Below, piece after piece: positions 29,199 to 39,660 of a DNA stretch of 64,000 nucleotides; within the stretch, counting starts at the first letter, position 1; every line of letters starts with the position of its first letter. Location: assembly GCA_052386745.1 (NCBI GenBank), contig JBQTJW010000007.1:117998-181997 (forward strand), in the 5' to 3' direction. The translations under genes and the position numbers were made by a program. The stretch comes from Panacagrimonas sp. Lineage in GTDB: Bacteria; Pseudomonadota; Gammaproteobacteria; Nevskiales; Nevskiaceae. A model generated the notes under the pieces. That model made no database searches. It saw only the letters and a program-made list of their open reading frames with translations, and had not been told where the DNA came from.

Positions 29199-30518
29199 TC
29201 AGTTGTTGACGCCGTAGATCTTGTGGCTGTGGTGGTCCTTGGGCTCCCACAGCGCGATACCAGACTCGATATCCATGCCGGGAATCATCGTGTCGATGCC
29301 GCGCGAGGCGCAGTCGACGAAGGCCGCTTCGAGAGTCCGGACCAGCGCGCGCGCGTTGCCGTGCCACCGGCATTCGCGGATTCGATCCCAGGCATCGTCC
29401 TGCAGCCCGGTCGGTGCCTTCCAGTTGGTGCAGCCTTCCGAGAGCCGCGCGAGCGTGGTGGCGCAGACGGCAATCATGTCCTCCTCACGCTGGGCAAGCT
29501 CCGGTACTTGTAGTGTGGCGGCGCCAAGACGAGTGAATTCGTCGATATTCACTGACTCCTGCAGATGCTTCCAGCCGCGGTTGGTGGCAAACAGAAGCGC
29601 ACATTCGAGTTTCTGCTTGGCGGCAGCACCAAAAGGCAGGTACTGGCCGTTGTCCAGGGCTTCCATCAGCACCTCCATGACGGGGCCCATCACGCCGTGA
29701 CTTTCGTCCAGAAAACAGACGCCGTCACGCGCCTGCGTGAAGGCGCCGATACGAGCCCCCGCGCCGGGAAATGCCCCCGCCACGTGCCCGCACAGCAATG
29801 ATTTGACCGCACCCTTGTCGCCGGTGTTTTCGGCGGCAAGGTTCACCGACACGAAGCGGCCCTTGTTGCGGACCAGAAAATAGTAATAGGCCAGCGAGGT
29901 CTTGCCGCTGCCCGGTCCGCCGAGCAGGTAAGCGCGGTGGATGCCGTTTTGCGCGAAGGCCCTGACACGCGCCACCAGGGCCTGGAGCTTGTGGCTGAAC
30001 ACGAAGAAATTCTTGTAGCTGGCGTTTTCGACTTCGGTCGTCGTCGGCATGCGGATGACGTTGTCCTCCGTCACGGGGTGCATGCGATCGTCAAGGCAGG
30101 CGGATACGGCGGCGGTGTCCGCCGCAACGAGCAAGCGGACTCCGCCGAGGCGCTGATCGGCGGCACGACGGTCCAGCCATCGGCCCAGGGACACGAGTTG
30201 CGACGGGCGGATGGCGATGATCAGCGTGAGTGTGCTGCCGCCACGCCGTACGGAGAGGACGGCATCGGCGAGCGGGTCCAGCTTGGAAGGCTCGACGAAC
30301 AGCGCCAGCACGAAGTCGCTTTCGATGGATTCCCGATCAAAATTGGCAGGCAGCCCGCGCAGTTCGAGGCGGCGGCCATTGGACAGCTGCTGGTGCAGGA
30401 CATTGGCCCGATCCACGTCCGGCAGGTGCGCATCCCCCATGTAGACGATCATGTCCGGAACGGCATGCCGGTCGGCCGACAGATGCAGCGGTGATTTCTT
30501 CGTGCTGAGCCGGAACAT
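29199..30518 (-). CDS. atypical sigma54-activator-like AAA+ protein without HTH (start 30518 or 30452)
   Basis: GGPGSGKT, GHVAGAFPGA, CFLDES and WHGNARAL align with bEBP conserved regions; protein ends soon after the AAA+ domain. Confidence 0.7.
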   Translation of the reverse strand: MFRLSTKKSPLHLSADRHAVPDMIVYMGDAHLPDVDRANVLHQQLSNGRRLELRGLPANFDRESIESDFVLALFVEPSKLDPLADAVLSVRRGGSTLTLIIAIRPSQLVSLGRWLDRRAADQRLGGVRLLVAADTAAVSACLDDRMHPVTEDNVIRMPTTTEVENASYKNFFVFSHKLQALVARVRAFAQNGIHRAYLLGGPGSGKTSLAYYYFLVRNKGRFVSVNLAAENTGDKGAVKSLLCGHVAGAFPGAGARIGAFTQARDGVCFLDESHGVMGPVMEVLMEALDNGQYLPFGAAAKQKLECALLFATNRGWKHLQESVNIDEFTRLGAATLQVPELAQREEDMIAVCATTLARLSEGCTNWKAPTGLQDDAWDRIRECRWHGNARALVRTLEAAFVDCASRGIDTMIPGMDIESGIALWEPKDHHSHKIYGVNN

Positions 30519-30653
30519 CCGAGTACTCCCGAGTGGATGACCGGATGCTACTGAGCGACGGCACTTCAACCGGGTCACGACCGATGAATAGCGAACGTCC
30601 TCCGATTGGCGGTGAATCGGCTTTCAGCTTTTCTCCTGCGCGAACCCTGCCGC

Positions 30654-31472
30654 TCAGCGCGCCGGGGCCTGGCTAACCAGTTCCGCCCGCAGCGATCGCA
30701 GCTTCTCGCGGACGCGGTCAGCGTTGGCCCGCCCCATGCGGAGCAGCGCCTTCTGTCCGGACGAGCTGCGCTCGAGATCGGCATCCGCGAACTGGTAGAG
30801 CACTTTCGGGCGGGTCAGGGCGATGGGCTCGTCGACGACGGGCGTGTCGAGCAGATGATCGATCACGATGATCAAACGATCATTGAAGTAACGCGAGCGA
30901 GGATTTCCGAGCCGATCGTAGGCGTCCTGGAACAGGGGGTAGTAGTGCCGGTACAGGGCGACCAAGCGGGCGGTGTCCACCGCGGCAAATGCACTCACAA
31001 GCAGCGCATAGCGTTGCGCGTTGTCGGTGCCCAGGACCAGGGTCTCACCATTCTTCTGCACGGCGATCTTCCCGGGGACCGAGCGGACCGGGCGCAGCCA
31101 CAGCGGCAGCGGATCGCGGTCGAGTGAATCGACCAGCAGCACGATCCGGCGGATGACGTCCCGCGGAATGAACATCGCATCGAGGGGCTCCGGGCCGTAG
31201 AGCTGCCGCAGATCCGCGATGATCTTGCCATCGCTGTCCTCGAGCTGCGGAAGCGGCTTGTCCTGCTCGGACGACGACGGAGCGGGCATCGGATGCTTGA
31301 TCGGCGGATCCTCGGACGCCAGTTCCGGTGGAGGGAGCACCTCCTTGGCCGCCGGCCAGGCGCTGACGGGCGCTTCGCCCGCATAGTCCCAGTCGCCGTA
31401 GAGGTAGTAGAACGCCCCCGCGATCACGGCCAGCCCCAGGCCCAGCCCGACCCAAACTGCGCGATTATTCAT
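30654..31472 (-). CDS. DUF3014-like membrane-anchored protein
   Basis: N-terminal TM segment; PLFQDAY, YFNDRLI, YQFADADLE, GQKALLRMG. Confidence 0.75.
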   Translation of the reverse strand: MNNRAVWVGLGLGLAVIAGAFYYLYGDWDYAGEAPVSAWPAAKEVLPPPELASEDPPIKHPMPAPSSSEQDKPLPQLEDSDGKIIADLRQLYGPEPLDAMFIPRDVIRRIVLLVDSLDRDPLPLWLRPVRSVPGKIAVQKNGETLVLGTDNAQRYALLVSAFAAVDTARLVALYRHYYPLFQDAYDRLGNPRSRYFNDRLIIVIDHLLDTPVVDEPIALTRPKVLYQFADADLERSSSGQKALLRMGRANADRVREKLRSLRAELVSQAPAR

Positions 31473-31595
31473 GCTTCAACGCTCCTCCGTGTGGGACTCG
31501 CAGGATGATGGCCTGCCACTCAAATCGGCTTGCTCCGCCCATGCCGGACTGGCAAGCATCAATATCCCATATAAATTCTGATGGCCGCGGCCGCG

Positions 31596-32315
31596 CTATT
31601 CGTCGAAATCGTAAACCTCGGGCGGTGGATTGCCGTCATAGACCAGGCTTTGCCGCCGCTGCAGGTAGGTTGTTCGAATGAACACGTAGGGATCAAGCTG
31701 CTCGTCCAGCAGGTGGTCGGCGCCGAGCAGGCGCGCCCGGGCGTCTACGGCGGTGGCACCGGTCAGCACGAATCCTTCTCTGCCCTCGACGTAGCCTGTC
31801 GACGAAGTGAACGCGTCGCCCACGCGCCCGAAAAAATCCCGGCCGTCGCTCGGACCCAGCAGCGGGAGCATCAGGTACAGGCCTTCGCCCGCGCCCCAAC
31901 GACCCAGCGTCTGCCCCAGATCTTCGTTGTTGGGAGGAAGCCCGAGCGGGGTCGCCACGTCCATGATGCCGGCAAGGCCCGCCGTGGTGTTGATGATAAA
32001 CCGCCCCAGGTCCTTGCCACCCTGGGAGAATTTTCCCTGCAGCACGTCGTTGACGATGACGGTGGGGTAGAAAAAATTGGACAAGACGTTCCCGATCCCC
32101 CGGCGAATCGGGTCCGGCACGTAGTCGTGATAGCCCTTGGCGACGGGACGCAGCAGGTAGCGGTCCGCTCCACGATTGAACTTGAAGATTCCGCGATTGA
32201 CCGTTTCCAGCGGGTCGGACGGCTCATCCGCGGGAAAATGCGCGCAACCGGACAGGGCTGCCAGGCAGGCAGCACCCACGGCGATCCCGACTCGGCGAAT
32301 GATGGCGGCACGCAC
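31596..32315 (-). CDS. mlaA: MlaA/VacJ lipoprotein
   Basis: Lipobox LSGC, DPLETVNR, EDLGQTLGRWG, DPYVFIR. Confidence 0.93.
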   Translation of the reverse strand: MRAAIIRRVGIAVGAACLAALSGCAHFPADEPSDPLETVNRGIFKFNRGADRYLLRPVAKGYHDYVPDPIRRGIGNVLSNFFYPTVIVNDVLQGKFSQGGKDLGRFIINTTAGLAGIMDVATPLGLPPNNEDLGQTLGRWGAGEGLYLMLPLLGPSDGRDFFGRVGDAFTSSTGYVEGREGFVLTGATAVDARARLLGADHLLDEQLDPYVFIRTTYLQRRQSLVYDGNPPPEVYDFDE

Positions 32316-32354
32316 GGAAACTCCCCAGTTAAAGCCGGTGCCGAGACGGGACTT

Positions 32355-32609
32355 TCAGTTGCCCAGACGCAGCACGTTGTTGATTTGCAGAAACTCTAGC
32401 AGGCCGCGCGGTTGTGGTCCTGCGTTGATGAAAATCAGATCCAGGCCCCGGCGATTCGCCCTGCGTGTGATCTCGAGCAGGAACGCGGCCCCCGCACTGT
32501 CCATACGCTTGATGCCCGACAGATCGATGCATCCACGTCCAGCGAGATCGTCCGCCTGCTGCAGCCACTCGCGCATCCGCGGAAACGACAGTTCCCCGTC
32601 AATGACCAT
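32355..32609 (-). CDS. mlaB: MlaB STAS-domain subunit
   Basis: IDLSGIKRMDSAG STAS motif; ATG overlaps the mlaC stop by 1 nt. Confidence 0.82.
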   Translation of the reverse strand: MVIDGELSFPRMREWLQQADDLAGRGCIDLSGIKRMDSAGAAFLLEITRRANRRGLDLIFINAGPQPRGLLEFLQINNVLRLGN

Positions 32610-33247
32610 CAGCCTTCGCCGGGTTTCTTGAAGAAGCTGTTGGCCTCGAACTTCTTGATGACCGCTTCCAGTCCGTTGGCCTTGATTTCGTTGTTGAGCT
32701 GGCTGCGGAAGTTGGTGATGAGCGAGATGTTCTCCACCGCGATATCGTAGATTTTCCACTGGTCCTCGACTGCATGGACGGAAAAGGCCAGGGCGATGGG
32801 CGGGGCATCCTTCCGCAGCAGCTTGGCATTGACCGTCACGTTCTCCGCGTTGGCAGCTGCATGCACCGGCGCCCACTCGGCCTTGATGCTGTCGTGGTAA
32901 TCGAGCATCGCACGCGCGTAGGTGCGGATCAGGGAATTCTTGAACGCCTGTTCAAACCGCGTTCTCTGCTCGGGCGTAGCCGTTTTCCAGTTTCGTCCCA
33001 GCGCCAGCTGCGCAATCTGCTTGGTGTCGAAATTCGGGACGACCTTTTCGTCCACCACCTTGTAGAAGCTTTCCAGGTCCTTGCGATAGCTCTCGTGGTT
33101 GGCGCCGATGAGCGCCTGGAATTCGGTGGTCGCCGCCTTGATGACTTCGTCGGCGGGTTTCGACGGAGCGGCGCCAGCCAGCGGTGCACCCGCAAGGAGA
33201 AATACGCTGGGGATCAGATAACAAAGACGCTGGAAGATTGATTTCAC
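32609..33247 (-). CDS. mlaC: MlaC periplasmic phospholipid shuttle
   Basis: Signal peptide, LALGRNWKTA, WKIYDIAVENISLITNFRSQ. Confidence 0.9.
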   Translation of the reverse strand: MKSIFQRLCYLIPSVFLLAGAPLAGAAPSKPADEVIKAATTEFQALIGANHESYRKDLESFYKVVDEKVVPNFDTKQIAQLALGRNWKTATPEQRTRFEQAFKNSLIRTYARAMLDYHDSIKAEWAPVHAAANAENVTVNAKLLRKDAPPIALAFSVHAVEDQWKIYDIAVENISLITNFRSQLNNEIKANGLEAVIKKFEANSFFKKPGEG

Positions 33248-33248
33248 G

Positions 33249-33794
33249 TTACGGCTCCTCCGGGGAGTCTGGGGATTTGCTGCCGATGGAGTCGGCCAGC
33301 TTGGTGATGGCTTGAGCCAGCTGATCGTCTTTCTTGTCCCCTGACTGTGATGACAGGAACTGCCCGATCAGGTTTTCAAGGACCAGAGCGCTCTGGGTGA
33401 GCTTGAGCGTGCTGCCTTCCTTGAGCGCCGCTTCAGACCCCCCGGGTTCGAGCCCGACGTACTGCTCGCCCAGCAGCCCCGCGGTCAGGATCTTGGCGTT
33501 GGAGTCGTCGGGGATATTGCTGTACGTGTTGGATAGTTCGAGCGTGACGTTCGCCTCGAACGTATCCGGACTGATGGTGATGTCGCGAACGCGGCCCACC
33601 TTGACGCCCGCCATGGTCACCGCCGACCCGGACTTGAGCCCGCCGATATTGTCGAACGAGGCGTTCACCCGGTAGGTCTGGCCGGCTCCGCCCACAGTGT
33701 CGAGGCTGGCGACGCGGAAGGTCAGCACGAAAACGGCCGCCACGCCCACACAGACGAACAGTCCGACCATCATTTCGAGTGCGCGTGATTGCAT
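33249..33794 (-). CDS. mlaD: MlaD MCE-domain protein
   Basis: FDNIGGLK...VTMAGVKVGRV, ILTAGLLGEQY, TQSALVLENLIGQF. Confidence 0.93.
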   Translation of the reverse strand: MQSRALEMMVGLFVCVGVAAVFVLTFRVASLDTVGGAGQTYRVNASFDNIGGLKSGSAVTMAGVKVGRVRDITISPDTFEANVTLELSNTYSNIPDDSNAKILTAGLLGEQYVGLEPGGSEAALKEGSTLKLTQSALVLENLIGQFLSSQSGDKKDDQLAQAITKLADSIGSKSPDSPEEP

Positions 33795-33823
33795 GTGATG
33801 AACCTAGAGCGAGGGGCTTAACT

Positions 33824-34591
33824 TCACTTGAACATGAAGGCCGTGAGGATGAAGTCGAGCGCGAGGATCGACAGGGACGACAGCACCACGGTGGAGGTCG
33901 TGGCGCGGGAAACGCCTTCTGAGGTGGGCTCGGCGTGGTAACCCTGGTACACGGCAATCCACGTCACCACCACGCCGAACGCGGAGGCCTTGATCAGCCC
34001 GTCGATGACGTCCCGGATCTCCACGCTGCTGCGGATCTGCGACCAGTAGCTGCCTGCATCGACGCCCAGGAGCTCGACCCCAATCGCATGTCCCCCGGCG
34101 ATACCGATGGCCATGACCGCGAAGATCGAGGCCAGCAGGGGCATGGCGATGATGCCCGCAACGAAACGGGGCGTGACCACGCGGCGCATCGGGTCGATGG
34201 CCATCATTTCCATGGCCGAGAGCTGGTCGGTGGCCCGCATCAGGCCGAGTTCGGCCGCCAGGGCCGAGCCGGCGCGGCCGGCGAACAGCAAGGCGGTCAC
34301 CACCGGCCCCAGTTCGCGCACGATCACCAGCGCAACGAACACGCCCAGCGACTCCTCCGCGCCGAAACGAATCAGCGTCCGGTAACCCTGCAGCGCCAGC
34401 ACCATGCCGACGAAGGAGCCGGCGAGCACGATGATGACCATCGACAGCTGGCCCACGTAGTACAGCTGCTGCACGATCAGCCGCGGCCGCGCGAACGTGG
34501 CGGGCAGGGCGGCAACCATCGCCATGAGAAAGAACTGCGCCCGTCCCAGCCCGGACAGGAAATTCCGGATGACATTCCAGGCCTGGATCAT
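33824..34591 (-). CDS. mlaE: MlaE permease
   Basis: RELGPVVTALLFAGRAGSA, QLSAMEMMAIDP. Confidence 0.95.
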   Translation of the reverse strand: MIQAWNVIRNFLSGLGRAQFFLMAMVAALPATFARPRLIVQQLYYVGQLSMVIIVLAGSFVGMVLALQGYRTLIRFGAEESLGVFVALVIVRELGPVVTALLFAGRAGSALAAELGLMRATDQLSAMEMMAIDPMRRVVTPRFVAGIIAMPLLASIFAVMAIGIAGGHAIGVELLGVDAGSYWSQIRSSVEIRDVIDGLIKASAFGVVVTWIAVYQGYHAEPTSEGVSRATTSTVVLSSLSILALDFILTAFMFK

Positions 34592-35463
34592 TTGAGGTTC
34601 CGGCCCAGCAGGTCATCGCCGTAGTCGCGCGCCTTGTAGTGGAAGGCCACCGGCCCATCGGGCTCACCGCGCAGGAACTGCTGCACCCAGGGATGCTCCG
34701 ACTCGCGGATGCGGTCGGGCGTGCCGTGCGCCTGGACCTTGCCGTCGGCGATCAGGTAGCCGTAATCGGCAATGGACAGCACTTCCTCCAGGTCGTGCGA
34801 AACGACGATGGAGGTGAGGTTCAGCGCATCGTTGAGCATGCGGATGAGTCGCATGAGCACGCCCATGGAAATGGGATCCTGCCCGGAAAACGGCTCGTCG
34901 TACATGACAAGGTCGGGGTCCAGCGCGATGGCGCGCGCCAGGGCCACGCGCCGCGCCATGCCGCCGGAGAGCTGCTGCGGGTAGAGCGCGTGCGCGCCGC
35001 GCAGCCCGACCGCCTGCAACTTCATCAGCACCAGGTCGCGGATCATCGACTGCGGAAGCCGGGTCTGCTCGCGCAGGGGAAAGGCCACGTTCTCGAAGAC
35101 GGTGAGGTCGGTCAGCAGCGCGCCGTTCTGGAACAGCATGCCCATGCGCTTGCGCAGTTCGTAAAGCGGGCCGCGGCCCAGGCTGTGGACGTCGATGCCA
35201 TCAAATTCCACGGTGCCGGACTTGGGCCGCCACTGCCCGCCGATCAGGCGCAGCAGCGTGGTCTTGCCGGTGCCGGACGGGCCCATGATGGCCGTGACCT
35301 TGCCGCGCGGAATGTCGATGTCCACCCCGCCGTAGATCACCCGCGAGCCGTGGGCGAAATGCAGGTCGCGGGTCTTCACCAGCACGGCACTGGGACTGCC
35401 GGCCAGGGACTTATGACTACCCGTACTGGCGCCAGGGGAAACGGCCGGAGGGATGCGGGTCAT
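34588..35463 (-). CDS. mlaF: MlaF ABC ATPase
   Basis: GPSGTGKT, LSGGMARRVALARA, MYDEPF, VSHD. Confidence 0.93.
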   Translation of the reverse strand: MTRIPPAVSPGASTGSHKSLAGSPSAVLVKTRDLHFAHGSRVIYGGVDIDIPRGKVTAIMGPSGTGKTTLLRLIGGQWRPKSGTVEFDGIDVHSLGRGPLYELRKRMGMLFQNGALLTDLTVFENVAFPLREQTRLPQSMIRDLVLMKLQAVGLRGAHALYPQQLSGGMARRVALARAIALDPDLVMYDEPFSGQDPISMGVLMRLIRMLNDALNLTSIVVSHDLEEVLSIADYGYLIADGKVQAHGTPDRIRESEHPWVQQFLRGEPDGPVAFHYKARDYGDDLLGRNLK

Positions 35464-35555
35464 GATCCTATTCTACGGTTTAATCGCGAGCTGGCAGGCG
35501 GGTCGCGCTGTCCGGGTCCCACAACGTGACCCCCGATTGCCGGTGCGCGGCGAAT

Positions 35556-36227
35556 TCAATGGGCGTACGACGAAGCGGTCTCCCCCAGGCGGGATGCCAG
35601 CGTCGCAGCAAGTTTGCGGCCCACTTCATCCAGGCTGACCGGCGATGCGGCGAGGTCGGCGATCTGCGTCATCCGCATGCCCACCAGGCCGCAGGGATTG
35701 ATGCGCGAGAACGGCGCGAGATCCATCGCCACGTTCAGCGCCAAGCCGTGATAGCTGCGTCCCCGCGTCACGCGCAGACCGATCGAGCCGATCTTGCGCA
35801 CCTCGGTGCCCGAGCCCCCCGAGGCAAAGTTCCGCGCCACGTAGACGCCCGGCGCATCGCTTCTGGAGAAAGCAGCAATGCCGAACCCGGCAAGCACGCT
35901 CACCATCGACTGTTCCAGCAGCGTGACCAGCTGCCGGATGCCCAGGGCACGCCGGTGCAGGTCGAGCAGCGGATACGCGATCAGCTGGCCCGGGCCGTGA
36001 TAGGTGACCTGCCCGCCGCGCGTGGTGTGGACGACGGGAATGTCGCCCGCATCCAGCAGGTGCTCGGCGCGCCCGGCCTGCCCCTGGGTGAAGACCGGCG
36101 GATGTTGCAGGAGCCAGATTTCGTCGTCGGTGCTTTCGGTTCGCGACTCGCTGAACTCGCGCATCGCCTGAACCGTTTCGACGTAAGGCTGAAGGCCGAG
36201 GTGGCGAACGATTACTTCGCCAGCCAC
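35556..36227 (-). CDS. lipB: octanoyltransferase (start probably GTG 36227)
   Basis: [43 protein letters not shown]. Confidence 0.92.
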   Translation of the reverse strand: MAGEVIVRHLGLQPYVETVQAMREFSESRTESTDDEIWLLQHPPVFTQGQAGRAEHLLDAGDIPVVHTTRGGQVTYHGPGQLIAYPLLDLHRRALGIRQLVTLLEQSMVSVLAGFGIAAFSRSDAPGVYVARNFASGGSGTEVRKIGSIGLRVTRGRSYHGLALNVAMDLAPFSRINPCGLVGMRMTQIADLAASPVSLDEVGRKLAATLASRLGETASSYAH

Positions 36228-37366
36228 ATCCTGGTCCGATCCGAGAGGCGCTCCAGGAAGCTCCCTGCCGGCGCTTCGCTCAGGGCGATCAGGGGCAGCG
36301 TGCGCACCGTCTTGCCTTCCATGGACACCGTGACGCTGCCCAGCTTCTGGTTCAGCAGCACCGGCGCAACCACCGGCTCGTTGACCTGGGTCTTGAACTG
36401 GAGCTGGTCCTTGGTCCCGCGGGGGAGGACCAGTTCCAGCGCGGGCGCACCCACCGCGAGTTCGTTGGCTGAGCCCTGCCACAGGCGTACGTTCGCCAGC
36501 GGCTTGCCGGGCCCGAATAGGCTCACGTTCTCGAAGAACCGGAAGCCCCAGTTCATCAGTTCCATGCTGGCCTGCGCGCGGTACTTCATGCTGGGTGTTC
36601 CCATCAACGCGGCGATCAGGCGCCGATCGTCGCGCTTGATCGAGGACAGCAGGCAGAACCCCGCGGTGCTGGTGTGCCCGGTCTTGATGCCGTCGGCGCC
36701 CGGGTCCATGTCCAGCAGGATGTTGCGGTTGCCCTGCTTGATGCCGTTGAACACGAAGTCGCGCTGCGAGTAGACCTTGTACTCCTCGGGGAAATCGCGG
36801 ATCAGCGCGCGGCCCAGGATGGCGATGTCCCGTGCCGTGGTGTAGTGCTCGGGATTCGGCAGGCCGGGGGCGTTGGTGAAGTGCGAATTCTTCATCCCCA
36901 GCTTCTGCGCGTACTGGTTCATCAGCTCCGCGAAGGCGTCTTCGCTGCCGGCCACGTGCTCGGCCACGGCAATACTTGCATCGTTGCCGGACTGGATGAC
37001 GATGCCGTCGATCAGGTCCTTGAGCGCCACGCGCGAGCCTACGTTAAGAAACATGCGCGACTCCTTGGAGTCCATGCCCTGGCGCCAGGCCTTCTCGCTG
37101 ATCAGCACCGAATCGTCCCACTTCAGGTGGCCGGCCCGGATCTCCTCGTACACCACGTAAGACAGCAATACCTTGGTGATGCTGGCAGGCTCCACGCGCT
37201 CGTCGGCATTCTGCTCGGCCAGAACATCGCCGCTGGCGAAATCCATGAGGACGAATGACTTGGCATCGACCTTCGGCGGGTCCGGCACCTTGGCCGCCAG
37301 GGCGGGCAGGGAAGCAAGCACGAAAAGGGCAGAAGCAAACAGGTGACGGGTCATCTCGGGGCGCAT
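36212..37366 (-). CDS. dacA: D-Ala-D-Ala carboxypeptidase PBP5/6
   Basis: ASITK (SxxK), SGN, KTG motifs plus C-terminal PBP5 domain. Confidence 0.9.
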   Translation of the reverse strand: MRPEMTRHLFASALFVLASLPALAAKVPDPPKVDAKSFVLMDFASGDVLAEQNADERVEPASITKVLLSYVVYEEIRAGHLKWDDSVLISEKAWRQGMDSKESRMFLNVGSRVALKDLIDGIVIQSGNDASIAVAEHVAGSEDAFAELMNQYAQKLGMKNSHFTNAPGLPNPEHYTTARDIAILGRALIRDFPEEYKVYSQRDFVFNGIKQGNRNILLDMDPGADGIKTGHTSTAGFCLLSSIKRDDRRLIAALMGTPSMKYRAQASMELMNWGFRFFENVSLFGPGKPLANVRLWQGSANELAVGAPALELVLPRGTKDQLQFKTQVNEPVVAPVLLNQKLGSVTVSMEGKTVRTLPLIALSEAPAGSFLERLSDRTRMWLAK

Positions 37367-37391
37367 GGAAATCACAGCGGGAGTGAAAGCA

Positions 37392-38426
37392 TTATCGCCG
37401 CGCGGTTCGGGTCGGGCGAGGTTTGTCGGGGGCACTGTCGGCCACGGCAATGGCCTCGTAACCGATTGCGCGCAGCCGGGTGCGAACCTTGTCCATGCCC
37501 TTCGGCTGGGGGAAGGGCCCGATCACCACGCGATGCACGGGGTCCCCGTTGCTGAGCCTGCCGGAGCGCACCTGCACGGGCTTGAAACCCTGCCCGGTCA
37601 GCTCCTCGCGCAGCGCCAGCGCGTTGATGGGGTCGGAATAGGCGGCCACCTGCAGGAGCCCGGCCCGTCCGGGCGCGACCGCTTTCACCTGGAGCTGGGG
37701 CGCGGGTGTCAGCTTCTGTCCGGGCGTGATCGCCTCCACCTCGACCATGGCAATCCGGTCCACCGTGCCCAGGCGGACTGCCGCGGCGTACGAAAGGTCG
37801 ATGACGCGGCCCGGATGGAACGGCCCGCGATCGTTGACCCGCACGATCACCGACTTGCCATTGCCCAGGTTGGTGATCCGCACATACGTTGGCAGCGGCA
37901 GCTGCTTGTGCGCGGCGGTGAGTTCGAACATGTCGTACACCTCGCCGTTGGACGTCTTCTTGCCGTGGAACTTGGTGCCGTACCAGGAGGCAAGCCCGGT
38001 TTCCCTGAACGAGCGGGCCGAAGTCATCACCTTGTACGTCTGCCCCAGCACTTCGTAGTTCGGCCGGTTGCCGCCAGGGCTGGGCGGTTCGTGGGTGGGA
38101 ATCGGGTCGGGAATCTGATCGAGATTGGGCGGAATGTCGCGCGGGTCGGGCGGACCGTCGCGCTCGACCACCACATCTTCCAGGGCGTCGATGCCCTGCA
38201 GTTCTTCGCTCATCCGCAGTTGCGGGGACGCTGCCAGGGCCTCGCTGGAGGCATCCGCGACCGCCTCGGAAACCGGCTTGCGACGGGTCACGCTGCTCTT
38301 GGGCGGGGGAATGAGCACCTGGCGCGTGGGGGCGGCGCCGGGCCGCTTGGGCGGGGCGCTCGTACAGCCGCCCAGGGCGAGCGCCGCAACCGCGCAGAAG
38401 GGAAGGGTGAGGGACCGGATGTTCAC
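37392..38426 (-). CDS. rlpA: septal lytic transglycosylase RlpA (DPBB + SPOR)
   Basis: Lipobox LGGC, GLASWYG, VNDRGPF, IDLSYAAA, C-terminal SPOR. Confidence 0.93.
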   Translation of the reverse strand: MNIRSLTLPFCAVAALALGGCTSAPPKRPGAAPTRQVLIPPPKSSVTRRKPVSEAVADASSEALAASPQLRMSEELQGIDALEDVVVERDGPPDPRDIPPNLDQIPDPIPTHEPPSPGGNRPNYEVLGQTYKVMTSARSFRETGLASWYGTKFHGKKTSNGEVYDMFELTAAHKQLPLPTYVRITNLGNGKSVIVRVNDRGPFHPGRVIDLSYAAAVRLGTVDRIAMVEVEAITPGQKLTPAPQLQVKAVAPGRAGLLQVAAYSDPINALALREELTGQGFKPVQVRSGRLSNGDPVHRVVIGPFPQPKGMDKVRTRLRAIGYEAIAVADSAPDKPRPTRTARR

Positions 38427-39427
38427 TCGGCACCACTCCGTGAGGCTTCGAGTTGCGCCATTTCCCGGGCCAGCAGGCCCACCGTCATGGCGTAGTAGAC
38501 GCGCGGGTTGTAGCTCATCACCGAGTAGAAATTGTGCAGGCCCAGCCAGTACTCGAAGCCGTCGTCGAGCCTGAGTTCGATGACGCCGACCGGCGTCTCG
38601 GGTGGCAGGGAAATTTCACTTTCGATGCCCAGCACCGCGAGCGCCGCAACGGTGTGGGAGACGCGCCCGGAGTTGATCCTGACCTCCGGCGGCAGGGACT
38701 TGGTGAGCCGGGCCTTCACCATCAGCGGCTCGCCGCGCCTCCAGCCGCGCCCGGTGTCGTATTCGCTCAGGTAGCGGGCGACGCTTCCGATGGCGTCCGC
38801 GGCCTGCCACAGGTCGCGACGGCCGTCACCATCAAAATCCACCGATAGCCGCCGGTAATTGCTCGGCATGAACTGCGCCCATCCCATCGCACCCGCATAA
38901 CTGCCCTTGGGGTCGGCCGGATTGACGCCGAAGTCGCGGCAGAACAGGAAGAACTGGCGAAGCTCGCTGAAGAAGAAATCGGAACGCGTAGGGTGTTCGA
39001 AGCCCTGCGTCGCCAGGGCATCCAGCACGCGGGTCGAGCCCGTCGTGCGGCCGAAGTTGGTTTCCAGGCCGAGCACTCCGGCGATCACCGACGGGGCGAC
39101 GCCATATTCCGACTCGGCCCGCGCCAGCAGGTCGCGATGGTCGGCGATGAACTGTGCGCCGCGGTCGATGCGCGGTGCGTCCACCCGCTTGGTCGCGTAC
39201 ATCGTCCAGGTTTCCACGCGTTCGGCCGATTTCTGTTCCGCCTCCACCAGCTTGGGAATGCGCTCGGCCTGCACCAGTGCGTCCCGCACCACGTGGATCT
39301 CTTCGGCGCTGAAGCCGTCCTGCGTCGCCAAGCCCTGCATCAACTCGGCCGCACGCGCGCTGCCGCTGTAGTCGGCATGCGCAGGCAGACACGAGAGGAG
39401 TAAGAGGCCGGAGCAAACGTGTCGCAA
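38423..39427 (-). CDS. mltB: lytic murein transglycosylase B (SltB1/MltB)
   Basis: GLETNFG, GSYAGAMGWAQFMPS, VDFDGDG; upstream of rlpA. Confidence 0.9.
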   Translation of the reverse strand: MRHVCSGLLLLSCLPAHADYSGSARAAELMQGLATQDGFSAEEIHVVRDALVQAERIPKLVEAEQKSAERVETWTMYATKRVDAPRIDRGAQFIADHRDLLARAESEYGVAPSVIAGVLGLETNFGRTTGSTRVLDALATQGFEHPTRSDFFFSELRQFFLFCRDFGVNPADPKGSYAGAMGWAQFMPSNYRRLSVDFDGDGRRDLWQAADAIGSVARYLSEYDTGRGWRRGEPLMVKARLTKSLPPEVRINSGRVSHTVAALAVLGIESEISLPPETPVGVIELRLDDGFEYWLGLHNFYSVMSYNPRVYYAMTVGLLAREMAQLEASRSGAE

Positions 39428-39660
39428 TTTATGGGATCAATGAGCAATAGACTGCCGCACCATAAACGGAACTGGTTGTCACGCCAAGCCATGGCGAAGT
39501 GTGGCCTCCTCGTGCTCATCCAACTTTAGGCCCATGGAAGGGCCGAATGGCGAAACCCTCGTTTCATCACGCAGCATTTTTCGGCGGTCTACGCGTGTTC
39601 CGGGATGTGCCCGTTTGGGGGCCGGTTCGGAGCAGCCCCGTGTCCAGGCCGAGGCCCGCT

